Assembly (NCBI GenBank): GCA_037441675.1
Contig: JBBIRS010000002.1
Location: 172,633-236,632, forward strand
DNA length: 64,000 nucleotides
Direction of reading: 5' to 3'
From: Planctomycetales bacterium
GTDB taxonomy: Bacteria > 4484-113
Shown in pieces: positions 48,884 through 59,421 of this stretch. A program made the translations under genes and the position numbers. How positions within the stretch are numbered: the first letter of the stretch is position 1; each line of letters starts with the position of its first letter. Under the pieces are notes generated by a model, which was not told the DNA's origin, made no database searches, and was given only the letters and a program-made list of their open reading frames with translations.

Positions 48884-49333
48884 TCAATAGTCCTCGAAAC
48901 TTCCTGGTTTTTTAGTTTCTGCTAAGCGAGGGAAAACTTTTCGGTCTGTACCAGTTCTGCAGAAATCTATGAAAAGCGCACTTTGCCTTTGAATCTGCTC
49001 GAACATAATTTCACGCATCAGGTCAAAAGCCTTGACCATTTTGGGATTCGCTAGACGGTAATATACTTGGTTTCCCACTTTCCTAGTCTCAAGAATGAGC
49101 CGCTCCTTCATAAGACTTAGATGTTGGGAGGTACTGCTAATAGAAGCACCAAATCTTTCAGCAATGTCCAAAACGCTCAATTCGTTCTCCAGGAGTGCGT
49201 TGAGAATCGCCAGCCTCGTTGGATGGGAAAAAACTTTGCACATATCCGCATGAAGCTTGTAGAGCTCCTCCTCAGCGTTCAAGGACGAATGCATCTTTCT
49301 CCTCGCAGTTTTATTCTTCGCAATCATGGCCAT
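48884..49333 (-). CDS. ArsR/SmtB family metalloregulatory transcriptional repressor
   Basis: VFSHPTRLAILNALLENELSVLDIAERFGASISSTSQHLSLMKERLI is the ArsR winged helix-turn-helix. Confidence 0.8.
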   Translation of the reverse strand: MAMIAKNKTARRKMHSSLNAEEELYKLHADMCKVFSHPTRLAILNALLENELSVLDIAERFGASISSTSQHLSLMKERLILETRKVGNQVYYRLANPKMVKAFDLMREIMFEQIQRQSALFIDFCRTGTDRKVFPRLAETKKPGSFEDY

Positions 49334-49488
49334 AATGGTTAATATATCTCCTTAAGTAATCAATTATTTCATAATATTCTAAAATATTAAATATTGATCA
49401 GAACGTGTGATTGCAATAGATATTATTCGCGAGAAAGCATCTGTAAGCTTACTAGTGAATGGGTGGAACAGTGGGAAACGTTATTTTA

Positions 49489-50226
49489 TCAATGGGGAAT
49501 GAAAGGCCAGGCAAGCCCCATTATCACGAGTAGTGTCCCGCCTATAAGAGCTTCGTAATTCTCAAGAAAACCCATTTGAAGTTTTTGAAGTCCTCGCAAA
49601 AGGGCGTAAACAAATAGAAGCATAAGTCCGACTGTCCCCATATAGTAGATTAGCGACACCAAAAAAACACCGAACCAACCCATCCTCACTGCGATAAGGT
49701 AATAAGCCTCAAGTTCCAGGCAGGGCGAAAAGAACATCATAATAAATAGTGCTCCAATTGTTACAATGCCTCTTTTGCTGGACAATGTCATAGCTTCACT
49801 GTGACCCTGAGAAAGTTCAGTTCCTTCTATCCCTTCAATTAAGTTACTATGATTATCGGTGTGAGAAAGCGTCGTTTTATGGAAATTTACGTGTCTAAAT
49901 AGATGCACGTGGGAGGTCTTTCTACGAAAATGACGAAAAATCATTACTGCGCCAAGAAGAACTAGAATTGAGCCAGCAATAATTGTATATTGACGTTCTA
50001 ACGTTTTCACGAAAGCAATCCCCACCATTCCGACAACAATTCCTAGGATAACTGTGCTCGAAAGGTGAGCTGTTCCGCCAATGAAAGTGGCGAAAAGTGT
50101 AGTTCGCGCTTGCCAACCTTCGTTTCTTCCAACCACAACAAATGGTATCCAGTGGTTCGGAATGAGCGCATGCAAGGCTGAGAGAGCCACCGCACCAGAA
50201 ATGAGGGCAATTAATTCAGTATTCAT
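49489..50226 (-). CDS. Putative metal-ion (Ni/Co-type) membrane transporter, HupE/UreJ- or NicO-like, with a His-rich cytoplasmic loop
   Basis: 6-TM protein. A conserved-looking His/Asn motif in TM1 (ALHALIPNHWIPFVVVG) and a central His-rich loop (HFRRKTSHVHLFRHVNFHKTTLSHTDNH). It is co-located with the ArsR-family regulator. Confidence 0.35.
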   Translation of the reverse strand: MNTELIALISGAVALSALHALIPNHWIPFVVVGRNEGWQARTTLFATFIGGTAHLSSTVILGIVVGMVGIAFVKTLERQYTIIAGSILVLLGAVMIFRHFRRKTSHVHLFRHVNFHKTTLSHTDNHSNLIEGIEGTELSQGHSEAMTLSSKRGIVTIGALFIMMFFSPCLELEAYYLIAVRMGWFGVFLVSLIYYMGTVGLMLLFVYALLRGLQKLQMGFLENYEALIGGTLLVIMGLAWPFIPH

Positions 50227-50287
50227 CTGCTTCTAGTAATACCTTACCTACCCAACCCAGCAAGCTTAGTGCATTAATAAACTGAGC

Positions 50288-50704
50288 TTACCTGCCCCGC
50301 TGGAATAATTCAATCATCTTGTAAGGATAACCCAGATCAAAGGAGCTTACTTCGTCAAGTTTTGCGAGCTCATCCTCATTTAGCGCCCAATTTATTGTCT
50401 TTAGGTTGTCTTTCAACTGCTCCATTGTTCTTGCCCCGATGATGACCGAAGATACCCAAGCTTTGGAAACTAACCAATTTAGTGCGCACTGGGAAACTGA
50501 AACCTTCCTAACTTTTGCGATATCTTTCAGAGCCTCAATTATAGCGAAAAGCTTTTCTTCTCGCCCCTGAAGGGGTACCACAGTTGGACGTCTATCTGCG
50601 TGTCTTCCTTTCTTTGGCCATTTAATTTGGGTGTATTTCCCGCTAAGAAGCCCACCCGCCAAGAGGGGCTCCACGGCAGTATCCCAAGCCCTTCTGAGAT
50701 ACAT
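50288..50704 (-). CDS. Aldo/keto reductase, C-terminal third (continues the 50539-51297 ORF after a frameshift)
   Basis: LFAIIEALKDIAKVRKVSVSQCALNWLVSKAWVSSVIIGARTMEQLKDNL is typical of an AKR C-terminus. Confidence 0.6.
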   Translation of the reverse strand: MYLRRAWDTAVEPLLAGGLLSGKYTQIKWPKKGRHADRRPTVVPLQGREEKLFAIIEALKDIAKVRKVSVSQCALNWLVSKAWVSSVIIGARTMEQLKDNLKTINWALNEDELAKLDEVSSFDLGYPYKMIELFQRGR

Positions 50705-51297
50705 AGTGGAACTATCTCTCGCTCAATGTCCCTGCAGAGAAGGCTGGACTGCATTTGCGCGCTTACAAACTTCTCAAGCCCAAGCTTATCTGAAACTGAG
50801 AGTGCCTTCATTGCCTGCCAACCGGAGAAGTTTGAGAATCCTATGTAGCGAACCTTTCCCCAGCGGACAAGGTCATCTAGCGCGCGCATAGTTTCCTCAA
50901 GAGGGGTCTTAGAATCCCAACCGTGAATGTGGTATAGGTCTATGTAATCCGTGCCAAGGCGCTTCAAGCTTGCGTCGCACGCGCGAAGAATGTGATGCCT
51001 TGAGGCGCCAAGGTCATTTGGATCAGGACTCACCCGCCCACGAAATTTCGTGGAAAGTATTACACTCTGCCTCTTCCTCCCGAGCGCCTTCCCAAGAATT
51101 ATCTCCGCCTCACCGTTTCCATAAACATCCGCGGTATCAAAAAAGTTTATGCCAACATCAAGACACCTTGCCACCATTTCATTCCCAAGTTTCTGACCAA
51201 CGCTTCCCTCGCCAAACCTATCCTGCCCAAAAGTCATATTGCCAAAGCAAAGAACAGAAACTTTAAGCCCTGTTTTGCCTAAAAACCTGTATTCCAT
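50539..51297 (-). CDS. Aldo/keto reductase, N-terminal two-thirds (frameshifted gene)
   Basis: The sequence GTDYIDLYHIHGWD...IGFSNF, with the catalytic Asp/Tyr/Lys/His context, is the AKR signature. The reading frame breaks near 50600-50700. Confidence 0.65.
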   Translation of the reverse strand: MEYRFLGKTGLKVSVLCFGNMTFGQDRFGEGSVGQKLGNEMVARCLDVGINFFDTADVYGNGEAEIILGKALGRKRQSVILSTKFRGRVSPDPNDLGASRHHILRACDASLKRLGTDYIDLYHIHGWDSKTPLEETMRALDDLVRWGKVRYIGFSNFSGWQAMKALSVSDKLGLEKFVSAQMQSSLLCRDIEREIVPLCISEGLGILPWSPSWRVGFLAGNTPKLNGQRKEDTQIDVQLWYPFRGEKKSFSL

Positions 51298-51397
51298 TGT
51301 ATCCTCATAGATATGAATTCCGCTCCGAGACGCGGTTGGAAGAGCTAAACTACTCTACCTTGAGGAGAACTTTTTTCTCGTAGTAATTGCCCTCAAG

Positions 51398-51961
51398 TCA
51401 CCGGGCTAAGGATTTGAAAAGAACCTGCAAGCGGATTTCCCTATCCGTGGCGTTTTCTCCCGGCGAAATCGTCTTCGTTATCTGAGCGAGCTTATCACCC
51501 GGATAACCCTCAAACTTCTCGACCAGTCGCTTCCCGCAGAAGGAGCGGTTCACATTCCACCTGCGCGCGAACTTTATGCTTGCCTCTGGCGCGCTTGTAA
51601 GCTCTTCCGGGTCAACGTAAAGCCAGCCAACCATATCCGGCGGATATTGAACTTCTGGCTTAACACCGAAAACAGCTCTAACTCGCCTTTCAGTGCCCTG
51701 CTTTACGGGAATGACGTAACTTCCGTCACTTAGCCTAAAGGATTCGCCAGTTTTGGCATCAATAATATCAATGATTAGTTTGCCTTCATCCACCCAGGGC
51801 CCTGTATTTGTATGGTAGGAAAGACAACTTTCCTGTCTTCCCTCAAGGCTTGCCGCTGGCCAGGAGCTTGCAGGTTCATTGGTGAAAAGCATCATACCAA
51901 TGCCTACTAAAACACCTAACCCCAGGAGTATGAACCGCCTACATTTCACAAATGCTCTCAT
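51398..51961 (-). CDS. Hypothetical secreted protein
   Basis: 187 aa with an N-terminal signal/TM segment. No recognised motif. Confidence 0.4.
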   Translation of the reverse strand: MRAFVKCRRFILLGLGVLVGIGMMLFTNEPASSWPAASLEGRQESCLSYHTNTGPWVDEGKLIIDIIDAKTGESFRLSDGSYVIPVKQGTERRVRAVFGVKPEVQYPPDMVGWLYVDPEELTSAPEASIKFARRWNVNRSFCGKRLVEKFEGYPGDKLAQITKTISPGENATDREIRLQVLFKSLAR

Positions 51962-52007
51962 CTTCCATTCCTCCTACTTAATTTGTTAGGATGATAGAAA
52001 TTATACT

Positions 52008-53297
52008 TTGAATGGGGGAAAAATCTTTTCTTTGATTACGAGCTCATTCTGGATTATGAATGTAAAATCTGAGCGTATGCTAATTAGCTCAAGTGAACAG
52101 CGTCCGACTAAGAGAAACTTCCGCTTGCATCCAGTGGTTTACGCAACAGGTTGGGTGAGCTTTTTTACGGACTTGGGAAGTGAGCTGATATATCCGTTAA
52201 TCCCCCTCTTTCTAACAGTTGAGCTCTCCGCATCCCGCGCGCTTCTTGGGCTGATTGAAGGACTTGCGGAAGGGGTTCCTGCGATAACCCGTTGGCTCGC
52301 AGGGGGAATCTCTGATCGTCTCAAGAACCGTAAGTGGATTATCTTTATAGGTTACACAATTTCAAGCGCAAGCAAACCGCTTATTGGCTTATCCGCAACA
52401 GCAAGTCAGGTGCTTACGTTCCGCGTGATTGACCGATTAGGAAAAGGTATCCGTGGCGCACCGCGGGATGCTCTAGTGGCAGATTTGAGCAACGCCAATT
52501 CGCAGGGCTACGCCTTCGGCTTTCAACGAGCGATGGACCATGCAGGCGCCATGTTTGGTGGGCTGATTTCGTTTTTCCTTGTCGGCGTCCTCGCATTCTC
52601 CCTTCGCCACGCGTTCCTCATCTCCGTTATTCCAGGAATAATCGTTCTTGCGCTAATACTTTTGTTTATTCGTGACAAATCGATTCGCAAACCTGCGTCA
52701 GCGCCAGTGTTGCGCTCGCTAGATTGGCGCGGTCTTCCTACTGTCTTTTATCTTTATCTTGTTTCCGCAATTATTTTCGCATTTGCCAATTCCAGCGATG
52801 CCTTTCTGCTTTTGCGCTCGTATGAAATCGGAATTTCCGCTGGATTAGTGCCTCTTCTTTGGGTAGTGCTCCACTTCGTTAAAGCGATAACTTCCGTTTG
52901 GGGTGGAAGGCTTTCCGATGCTGTTGGCAGAAAGCCCGTTTTAATTTTTGGCTGGACGCTTTACTCAATTGTCTATCTCGGGTTTGCTTTTGCCAGCGCA
53001 AAATGGACTCCATGGGTTCTCTTTGCCCTATACGGCTACTTCTACGGCGCAACCGAAGGAACAGCCAAGGCACTAGTGGCGGATTTAGTGTGTGAGGATA
53101 GGCGAGGTGCCGCGTTTGGCATACTTGGAACACTGGAAGGAGTTATTTTCATTTTCGCAAGCATCCTCGCAGGGGTGCTGTGGGACATTACGGGAAGCGC
53201 CAAACTACCGCTGATACTCTCCGCATCTCTTTCTCTCCTTGCCACCCTCTGGCTCACATTATCTCTTAGCCCTAGGGCGAACCCGCGAACGCGATGA
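52008..53297 (+). CDS. MFS transporter
   Basis: 12 predicted TM helices and MFS signature loops (GxxxDRxGRK-like LSDAVGRKP). The ORF-track start is TTG at 52008; internal ATG starts at 52056 or 52077 are more likely. Confidence 0.7.
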   Translation: MNGGKIFSLITSSFWIMNVKSERMLISSSEQRPTKRNFRLHPVVYATGWVSFFTDLGSELIYPLIPLFLTVELSASRALLGLIEGLAEGVPAITRWLAGGISDRLKNRKWIIFIGYTISSASKPLIGLSATASQVLTFRVIDRLGKGIRGAPRDALVADLSNANSQGYAFGFQRAMDHAGAMFGGLISFFLVGVLAFSLRHAFLISVIPGIIVLALILLFIRDKSIRKPASAPVLRSLDWRGLPTVFYLYLVSAIIFAFANSSDAFLLLRSYEIGISAGLVPLLWVVLHFVKAITSVWGGRLSDAVGRKPVLIFGWTLYSIVYLGFAFASAKWTPWVLFALYGYFYGATEGTAKALVADLVCEDRRGAAFGILGTLEGVIFIFASILAGVLWDITGSAKLPLILSASLSLLATLWLTLSLSPRANPRTR

Positions 53298-53319
53298 TGA
53301 CTTCCGTTTGTGAGATACC

Positions 53320-53615
53320 ACCGGAAAGAAACTCTCCCCATACCTCGCCTTTTCCAATTGAATTGCCCACGCGCTGTATTTACTCTGTTTTGGATAAGAA
53401 GGGAAAGGTCATAGACCTATAGCTGGTACTGACACCACGCTTGTTGCCGCAAAGCTTTTATGGCACGAGTGGTTCGGAATTGACATTAGCCGTGAATATG
53501 TAAAATTCGCTGAAGAAAGAATTAAAAACGCTGAGAGAAAGAGAAAACGCGTAGAGGCTGAAGTATCACTCTACCTCGTTACAAAGACCTTTGCTGAAAG
53601 GAAGGCTCGTGGCTA
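53320..53615 (+). pseudogene. Decayed C-terminal remnant of an N6A/N4C DNA methyltransferase (frameshifted, with an in-frame TAG)
   Basis: Spread across two frames, it reads HTSPFPIELPTRCIYSVLDKKGKVIDL, then TAG, then IAGTDTTLVAAKLLWHEWFGIDISREYVKFAEERI. This corresponds to the HPTQKP...S..GD.VLDPF.GSGTT...R.[FY]IGIE....Y...A..RI end of beta-class MTases. Confidence 0.5.
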
Positions 53616-54047
53616 GTGGGTAGGAAGATACAGAACGCCTAACAATGAGGTAAGGAAAGAGCAGATGGATTTGAGTGAACTGAATGTAAGGCATCTTCCG
53701 AAACGAAGCAAGCGCGATCAAAAGATCAAAGCGTATGAGCGTTGAAACTTCCGCTCTTATCTGTTATAATGGAATTAGATGGATTAGGGCGTAGTTACTA
53801 TAGTTACTTTACTTGAACAGCTGAGTGCGTGTTGCCTAAGTTCCTAATGCCAGGAAGGGTGCTGGTAGGATTTTGGCTTGTGTTACCGCCCTGTCCCTAA
53901 GCGTTTTTCGCGTAGGGCAACTAAACGGATCTACTTCTGTCTTGTAGCCCCATACGACGGTTTGGAGTTGCGCCAAACCGCAAGCGGGACCTAAAGTGTG
54001 GCTTAAGTGCTCACTTTTGTTCCTGCCTTAGACAACCAAAAAGGAGG

Positions 54048-55175
54048 TTGCCGATGGCAAAAGTTAAATATATTACGCGTGTCTCTAAGTTGGAGGAAAT
54101 CCCTCATAGGGATAAGGCTTGGATGGAGGAGGTGCATTCGCGCTACAAGTTCCGCGCCAACGACTACTACATGTCTCTCGTTAATTGGGACGACCCAGAT
54201 GATCCGATAAGGCGCCTAGTGATTCCCAATAAAGGAGAATTGGAAGAATGGGGCGAGCTGGACGCAAGCGAGGAAAAATCAGTCACCCCAGTTCCCGGGC
54301 TTGAGCACAAGTATCGGGATACTGCACTTCTGCTTGTCAGCGAAGTTTGCGATGCATACTGTAGATTCTGCTTCAGAAAGCGTCTGTTCATAGACGAAAA
54401 CAATGAAGTCGTACCTGGAACCGCTCAACAGATTGATTACATCAAGAAGCATAATGAAATCACCAACGTGCTTTTAACAGGTGGAGACCCCTTGATTTTA
54501 TCCACCCATAAACTTGAGGTAATCCTATCTCAGCTCAGGCAGATTGACCACGTGCAGATTATTCGCATTGGCACTGAAATGCCTGCGTTTAACTTCTTCC
54601 GTATCCTAGATGACCCAAGCCTACTTGAAATGCTTGGCAGATACTCAACCCCTACAAGGCGAATCTACATTATGGCTCACTACAACCATCCTTGGGAGCT
54701 AACTCATGAAAGTATTTCAGCCATCGATTTACTCTTGAAGGCTGGATGTATTATCTGCAATCAGTCACCAATAATTCGTGGAATTAATGATAACATTGAT
54801 ACTCTCGTTGAACTAATGCGCAAACTATCCTTCTATGGAATTCCGCCATATTACTTCTTCCAGTGCAGGCCAACAGCTGGCAATAAAACCTTTGACCTTC
54901 CAATTGTTAAAGCTTGGCATGTCTTTGACCGCGCGAGACGAATGGTTAGGGGGCTTGCATCCCGCGCGCGATTTGTTATGAGTCACTCAAGTGGGAAAAT
55001 TGAAGTCCTCGCAGTTGATCAAGAGCATATCTACCTACGCTATCACCGGGCTAGGAATCCTCACGATGAAGGACGCTTTATGATTATGAAAAGAGATGAT
55101 AACGCTTATTGGTATGACGACTTGGTTGAAGTTGGCATTGAACCGAGAATGGATACTATATTTATTGAAACATAA
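54048..55175 (+). CDS. KamA-family radical SAM aminomutase (lysine 2,3-aminomutase-like)
   Basis: CDAYCRFCFRKR radical-SAM cluster motif in the KamA context (ALLLVSEVCDAYCRFCFRK), with a PLP-binding C-terminal region. AAAGGAGG RBS. Confidence 0.8.
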   Translation: MPMAKVKYITRVSKLEEIPHRDKAWMEEVHSRYKFRANDYYMSLVNWDDPDDPIRRLVIPNKGELEEWGELDASEEKSVTPVPGLEHKYRDTALLLVSEVCDAYCRFCFRKRLFIDENNEVVPGTAQQIDYIKKHNEITNVLLTGGDPLILSTHKLEVILSQLRQIDHVQIIRIGTEMPAFNFFRILDDPSLLEMLGRYSTPTRRIYIMAHYNHPWELTHESISAIDLLLKAGCIICNQSPIIRGINDNIDTLVELMRKLSFYGIPPYYFFQCRPTAGNKTFDLPIVKAWHVFDRARRMVRGLASRARFVMSHSSGKIEVLAVDQEHIYLRYHRARNPHDEGRFMIMKRDDNAYWYDDLVEVGIEPRMDTIFIET

Positions 55176-55432
55176 CTTTTCTCATCGCTCTTCGTTCAAG
55201 GTGTACATTAGCAGAAAAACCTTTATAAGGGTAAGGCTCTAAACATAAGAAATTGCTTTCTGTGAGAGTGGAGTTAAGCGTTACTTTCCTCTTTCTCATA
55301 AATTCGCCAATACCCAAAAATTACCGCTTGTTTGACGTAAATGCTCGTTTTCTGCCATAATTTCTTAGGTGGTAAGAGCCAGTGCTTTTTAGAAAGAGCA
55401 AAAGAAGCTCATCGTCCCTCTCTAGGGTATTG

Positions 55433-56518
55433 ATGGTACGGCTTCCAATTACGCTACTTCTTTTCTTAGCAATTCCGAAAGTATCTACCGCCCGTGAAGA
55501 GGCAACTGAGGTAGTCTCCCGCTTCATCTCAGCAATCCTTGAGGGTAACGAATCAGCGGTAATGGATTTGATTCATTCGGCATTTAACGCCGAAGTTGGC
55601 GATAAAAGTGAATTCAACTTGTGGCTCAGAAAGTGGTTTGGATGGGACGATGATTACATCTTTGAACCAAGCTCTCTCTCGGTAAAAACCGAAGGCGACA
55701 CAATAAAGGTGTCAGGTAGCTTCACTCGGGCGTGGCTTATGGGCATTCACGCGGATGACGTGGATATTTCAGCAGAAACCGAGTTGACCGAAGGTTTGGA
55801 GGAAGAAGGGGCATCCGTTCAGAAGGTAGAGAAAACAGAAACAATAACCTTTACCCTGAAGAAGGAGGATGCGGGAAAGATCAAGATAATTGGTATAGAA
55901 GGAATGAGTATGTACGACCCGCAAGCGGCGGCGGTCGGCTCCCGTGATCCCCGTGCTAAGAAGATTGGTCAGGCTCTTTCATCTTTAACAAAAATTCCAT
56001 TGATTGGTGGTATCTTCAGTCCTAACAAGATGGAGTTTGAGAAAGGCAAAAGGGGATTAATCTTTCTAGTCGTCGTAGTTGGAGGGATGATGACATTGTG
56101 GATAGGAGTCGGCGTTGCCAAGACGCAACTGCAGTTAGCTGTTCTTAATGCCCATTCTTTCCCCGAGGGAGTTAGCTATCACACTCAATTTCAAAACTAC
56201 ATTGAACATCGTGCACGGCTCGAATCTGGAAGCACTGAGAAGCGTCACGATTTTTATCTTCGTAGGTTGATTGACGAGGGCAAATTTGATGAAGCCAAGG
56301 CTTACACGGAAGGGATGGTTGTATTTGCCAAGAGAAAGAGAGACAAGAAGGCAGTTGAAACTTACCAAAGCTACCGCAAACGGGTAGAAACTCTTCATGA
56401 AGATTATCTCTCTTCCAAGAAATCTGATGATGTTGCCCTTATCCATAAGGACAAGACTGACCTCGATGTTCATCACATTCTAGGGGTTACGAAAGAGCAT
56501 AAGGAAAACGGGGAATAA
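55433..56518 (+). CDS. Hypothetical secreted/membrane protein
   Basis: A signal peptide (MVRLPITLLLFLAIPKVSTA) begins at an internal ATG of the ORF-track entry 55382-56518. There is a mid-protein TM helix and a lysine-rich C-terminus. Confidence 0.4.
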   Translation: MVRLPITLLLFLAIPKVSTAREEATEVVSRFISAILEGNESAVMDLIHSAFNAEVGDKSEFNLWLRKWFGWDDDYIFEPSSLSVKTEGDTIKVSGSFTRAWLMGIHADDVDISAETELTEGLEEEGASVQKVEKTETITFTLKKEDAGKIKIIGIEGMSMYDPQAAAVGSRDPRAKKIGQALSSLTKIPLIGGIFSPNKMEFEKGKRGLIFLVVVVGGMMTLWIGVGVAKTQLQLAVLNAHSFPEGVSYHTQFQNYIEHRARLESGSTEKRHDFYLRRLIDEGKFDEAKAYTEGMVVFAKRKRDKKAVETYQSYRKRVETLHEDYLSSKKSDDVALIHKDKTDLDVHHILGVTKEHKENGE

Positions 56519-56712
56519 CAAAGATTTTTGTCGAGACTTCTTCCTCAGAAAAGTTTCAAAATGAGAAGCATGAATGTAGCGGTTAAAGGCGGTGCATCTT
56601 GCGCAATCTAAAAGTCTTGGAAAGCTTCTCTACCTTTGGCGAAAAGCGTATTGCGAATAAAAATAAAAATAAATGCGCTACTTGCTTTATCACCCTTCTG
56701 CTCCTAACCCAA

Positions 56713-57903
56713 TTATCCTATTACCTCTTGAATGATTTGATGGTACTTCTCACCTAACCTTTGCGGATCAAAGAGTTCTAAAACTTTCCTTCTCTGTCTT
56801 ATAACTTCATCCGTTGGGGTATTTAACACAACATCTCTGGCTTTATCGAGGGCTTCCAAATATCCCTCAGCGTTACTACTTCTTGCCCTGATTAGAAGTG
56901 AAATGTCTTCTAATTCATTGGGTATAAGAAGTTCCGCTGGAACTATAACCGCAATGCCGTGAGCTAATAATTCGGGTATCTTAGCTGGCCACATAGTCCG
57001 CGTCCATGCTGGATATTCATGCACAAGAGAGATATGCCACTTGGAATATTCTTGTAGGAGCCTTTCCCGTTCCATCCAGCCAAAATGAACGCTAAAGTTT
57101 GAGGGTGAATTAGCGTAAAAATTCTCCACTAGTGGGCGCCACGCACCACTGCCTATCAATCTAAACTTGAACAATTTTGGATTAGCTCTTCTCACGACTT
57201 CTAGGTAGGTTTTAAAGTCATATCCTCGCCCCCAGAGACCCGCATAGCCAACAGTTAATTTATCTTCACTTGCGGGAAGCCTTCGGACAAAGCTCTGCAA
57301 TGGGACATCTACTGGGTTCATCACTAGCTCAATTGGTTTACCTTGAAGCTCATTTTGGAGGATCTTATAGAGGTTTGGCTGATTCACTACTATCTTACTT
57401 GCACCTTGATACATCCTTCTTGCCCAGCCATCAATGTAGCGATAAAGAATAGAGGGAAGGGGAAGCTCAGCTATACGTAAATTCTCCGGATAAAGGTCTC
57501 TTATATCGTAGATGAAAGGTACGTTGAACTTAAGTGCAAGACTAAAACCAAGGCAGGCGGCAGAGAAAAAAGGACTCGTTCCAATCACCAAGTCGGGATG
57601 TTGAAGTGACTTCCAGAGTTTAATTCCCCTCGTATAAAAACGCACTTCCTCAGTGATCCTCTGGTGAACATTAAATTTTGCATCAGGAACGTGGAAAACT
57701 AGAACCTTGGCGCCATGACTAAAGTAGGAACCTTGCATTCCGTCAAAATTTTCGAACTTGAAACCCCTTGGGTACCTTGGATTACAGGTTAGAACCTCAA
57801 CATTAACACCCTTACTTGAAAGATACTTGGCGAAGACACCCATTCGGGAAGCTGCAGGGCCAATTTCAGGGGGGAAATAACTTGAAATAAACAGAACCTT
57901 CAA
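56713..57903 (-). CDS. GT4-family glycosyltransferase (WcaI-like)
   Basis: N-terminus MKVLFISSYFPPEIGPAASRMGVF is typical of GT4; a C-terminal EX7E-like region is present. Confidence 0.75.
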   Translation of the reverse strand: MKVLFISSYFPPEIGPAASRMGVFAKYLSSKGVNVEVLTCNPRYPRGFKFENFDGMQGSYFSHGAKVLVFHVPDAKFNVHQRITEEVRFYTRGIKLWKSLQHPDLVIGTSPFFSAACLGFSLALKFNVPFIYDIRDLYPENLRIAELPLPSILYRYIDGWARRMYQGASKIVVNQPNLYKILQNELQGKPIELVMNPVDVPLQSFVRRLPASEDKLTVGYAGLWGRGYDFKTYLEVVRRANPKLFKFRLIGSGAWRPLVENFYANSPSNFSVHFGWMERERLLQEYSKWHISLVHEYPAWTRTMWPAKIPELLAHGIAVIVPAELLIPNELEDISLLIRARSSNAEGYLEALDKARDVVLNTPTDEVIRQRRKVLELFDPQRLGEKYHQIIQEVIG

Positions 57904-57910
57904 GATGACA

Positions 57911-59209
57911 TCACGTCCCTACTCCATAATACTTTAAGCCATAACTCTCAACTACAGAGCGTTGCCAGATATTCCTCCCATCAAAAACGACCTTCTCCCG
58001 CAGAAGAGAGTAAATCTTGGCAAAGTCTGGACTACTGAATTCTGGCCATTCAGTGATAAGCATAAGGGTATCCGCACCGTCTAAAGCCTTAAGAGAGTTC
58101 TCTGCGTAAGTAACACTGTTATTGAGTATCTTTTTTGCTTGTTCATATCCGCTGGGCTCAAAAACGTTAATCTTACATTTACGCTCTAGAAGACCTTCAA
58201 TAACCTTTAAGCTAGGAGCGTATCTCATATCGTTTGTGTTTGGCTTAAAGGCTAAACCCCAGATTGCAACTACTTTGCCTCTGGATAATTCCTTGAAATG
58301 AAGGTCAAACTTCTCTAGGAGCCTCTTGGCTTGGCGATTGTTGATTTCCACTGTAGCTCTAGCGAGAAGCATTGGCTCCCCGACTTGCTCACCGATGTGA
58401 ATGAGAGCATTCAAGTCTTTGGGAAAACAGCTTCCTCCAAAACCAACTCCAGCGGAGAGGAACCTTGGTCCAATCCTTGAATCCATTCCCATTCCAATCC
58501 TAACTTGCCTATAGTTTGCGTTCAACTTTTCACAAAGATTTGCAATTTCGTTAGCAAAGCTGATTCTCATCGCCAGCATAGTGTTTGATGCATACTTCAC
58601 TAGCTCACTACTCCTAGGATCCATTACGAGTATTTTCTCTTTCTCCATCTCAAGGGCGCTATAAAGAGTAGTTAGCTTCTCTTTGGCAAAATCGCTTTTT
58701 GTGCCTATTACTATTCGATCAGGGGCAAAAAAGTCTTGAACTGCACTTCCTTCTCGCAGAAACTCCGGATTATTAGCCATATGGAAGCGAACCGATGTTT
58801 TGGAAGCAATGAGATTTTCCAGTTGCTCCGTTGTTCCGACCGGCACGGTACTCTTTATGATAACAACAGCGTCTTCGGACAGATATGGGGATAGGCGTTC
58901 CGCACTTTCAACAACGTAAGTCAAGTTACATGAGCCATCCTTATTCTCTGGAGTCTGAACGCAGATGAAGATAAGCTCAGACTGGGGTATAGCCTCCTCA
59001 TAGCTTGTAGTGAAATTAATTCTCCCAGCTCGCGCATTCTTTTCTATAATTTCCGGCAGAAACGGCTCAATAAGTGGGCATTTCCCTGACTTCAACTTGC
59101 TAATCTTATCCTCGTCAATATCTAAGTAGATTGTCTGATTGCCAATTTCTGCGAAGCAGGCTCCACTTACGAGCCCCACATAACCACAACCTATTACACA
59201 GATGTTCAT
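57911..59209 (-). CDS. UDP-glucose/GDP-mannose dehydrogenase family nucleotide-sugar dehydrogenase
   Basis: N-terminal Rossmann fold (MNICVIGCGYVGLVSGACFAEIGN) and catalytic Cys region (GFGGSCFPKD). Confidence 0.85.
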   Translation of the reverse strand: MNICVIGCGYVGLVSGACFAEIGNQTIYLDIDEDKISKLKSGKCPLIEPFLPEIIEKNARAGRINFTTSYEEAIPQSELIFICVQTPENKDGSCNLTYVVESAERLSPYLSEDAVVIIKSTVPVGTTEQLENLIASKTSVRFHMANNPEFLREGSAVQDFFAPDRIVIGTKSDFAKEKLTTLYSALEMEKEKILVMDPRSSELVKYASNTMLAMRISFANEIANLCEKLNANYRQVRIGMGMDSRIGPRFLSAGVGFGGSCFPKDLNALIHIGEQVGEPMLLARATVEINNRQAKRLLEKFDLHFKELSRGKVVAIWGLAFKPNTNDMRYAPSLKVIEGLLERKCKINVFEPSGYEQAKKILNNSVTYAENSLKALDGADTLMLITEWPEFSSPDFAKIYSLLREKVVFDGRNIWQRSVVESYGLKYYGVGT

Positions 59210-59421
59210 ATGGAAAGCCTACTTATCTTAGTAAATTTTAGAACAATAGATAGAGACAAAACAAGGATACAACGAGAACAATACGCACCCTCAGATGCTT
59301 TAATTATCTCAGGATTGCTTGGCGACTATATGTGCGCAAGATTCAAATACCTTTGCACGAGAGCTTTGGGAGAACTGAGTGTTTAAAAAGTAGCCCAAAG
59401 AAAGTATGTTCATTCCGATGG

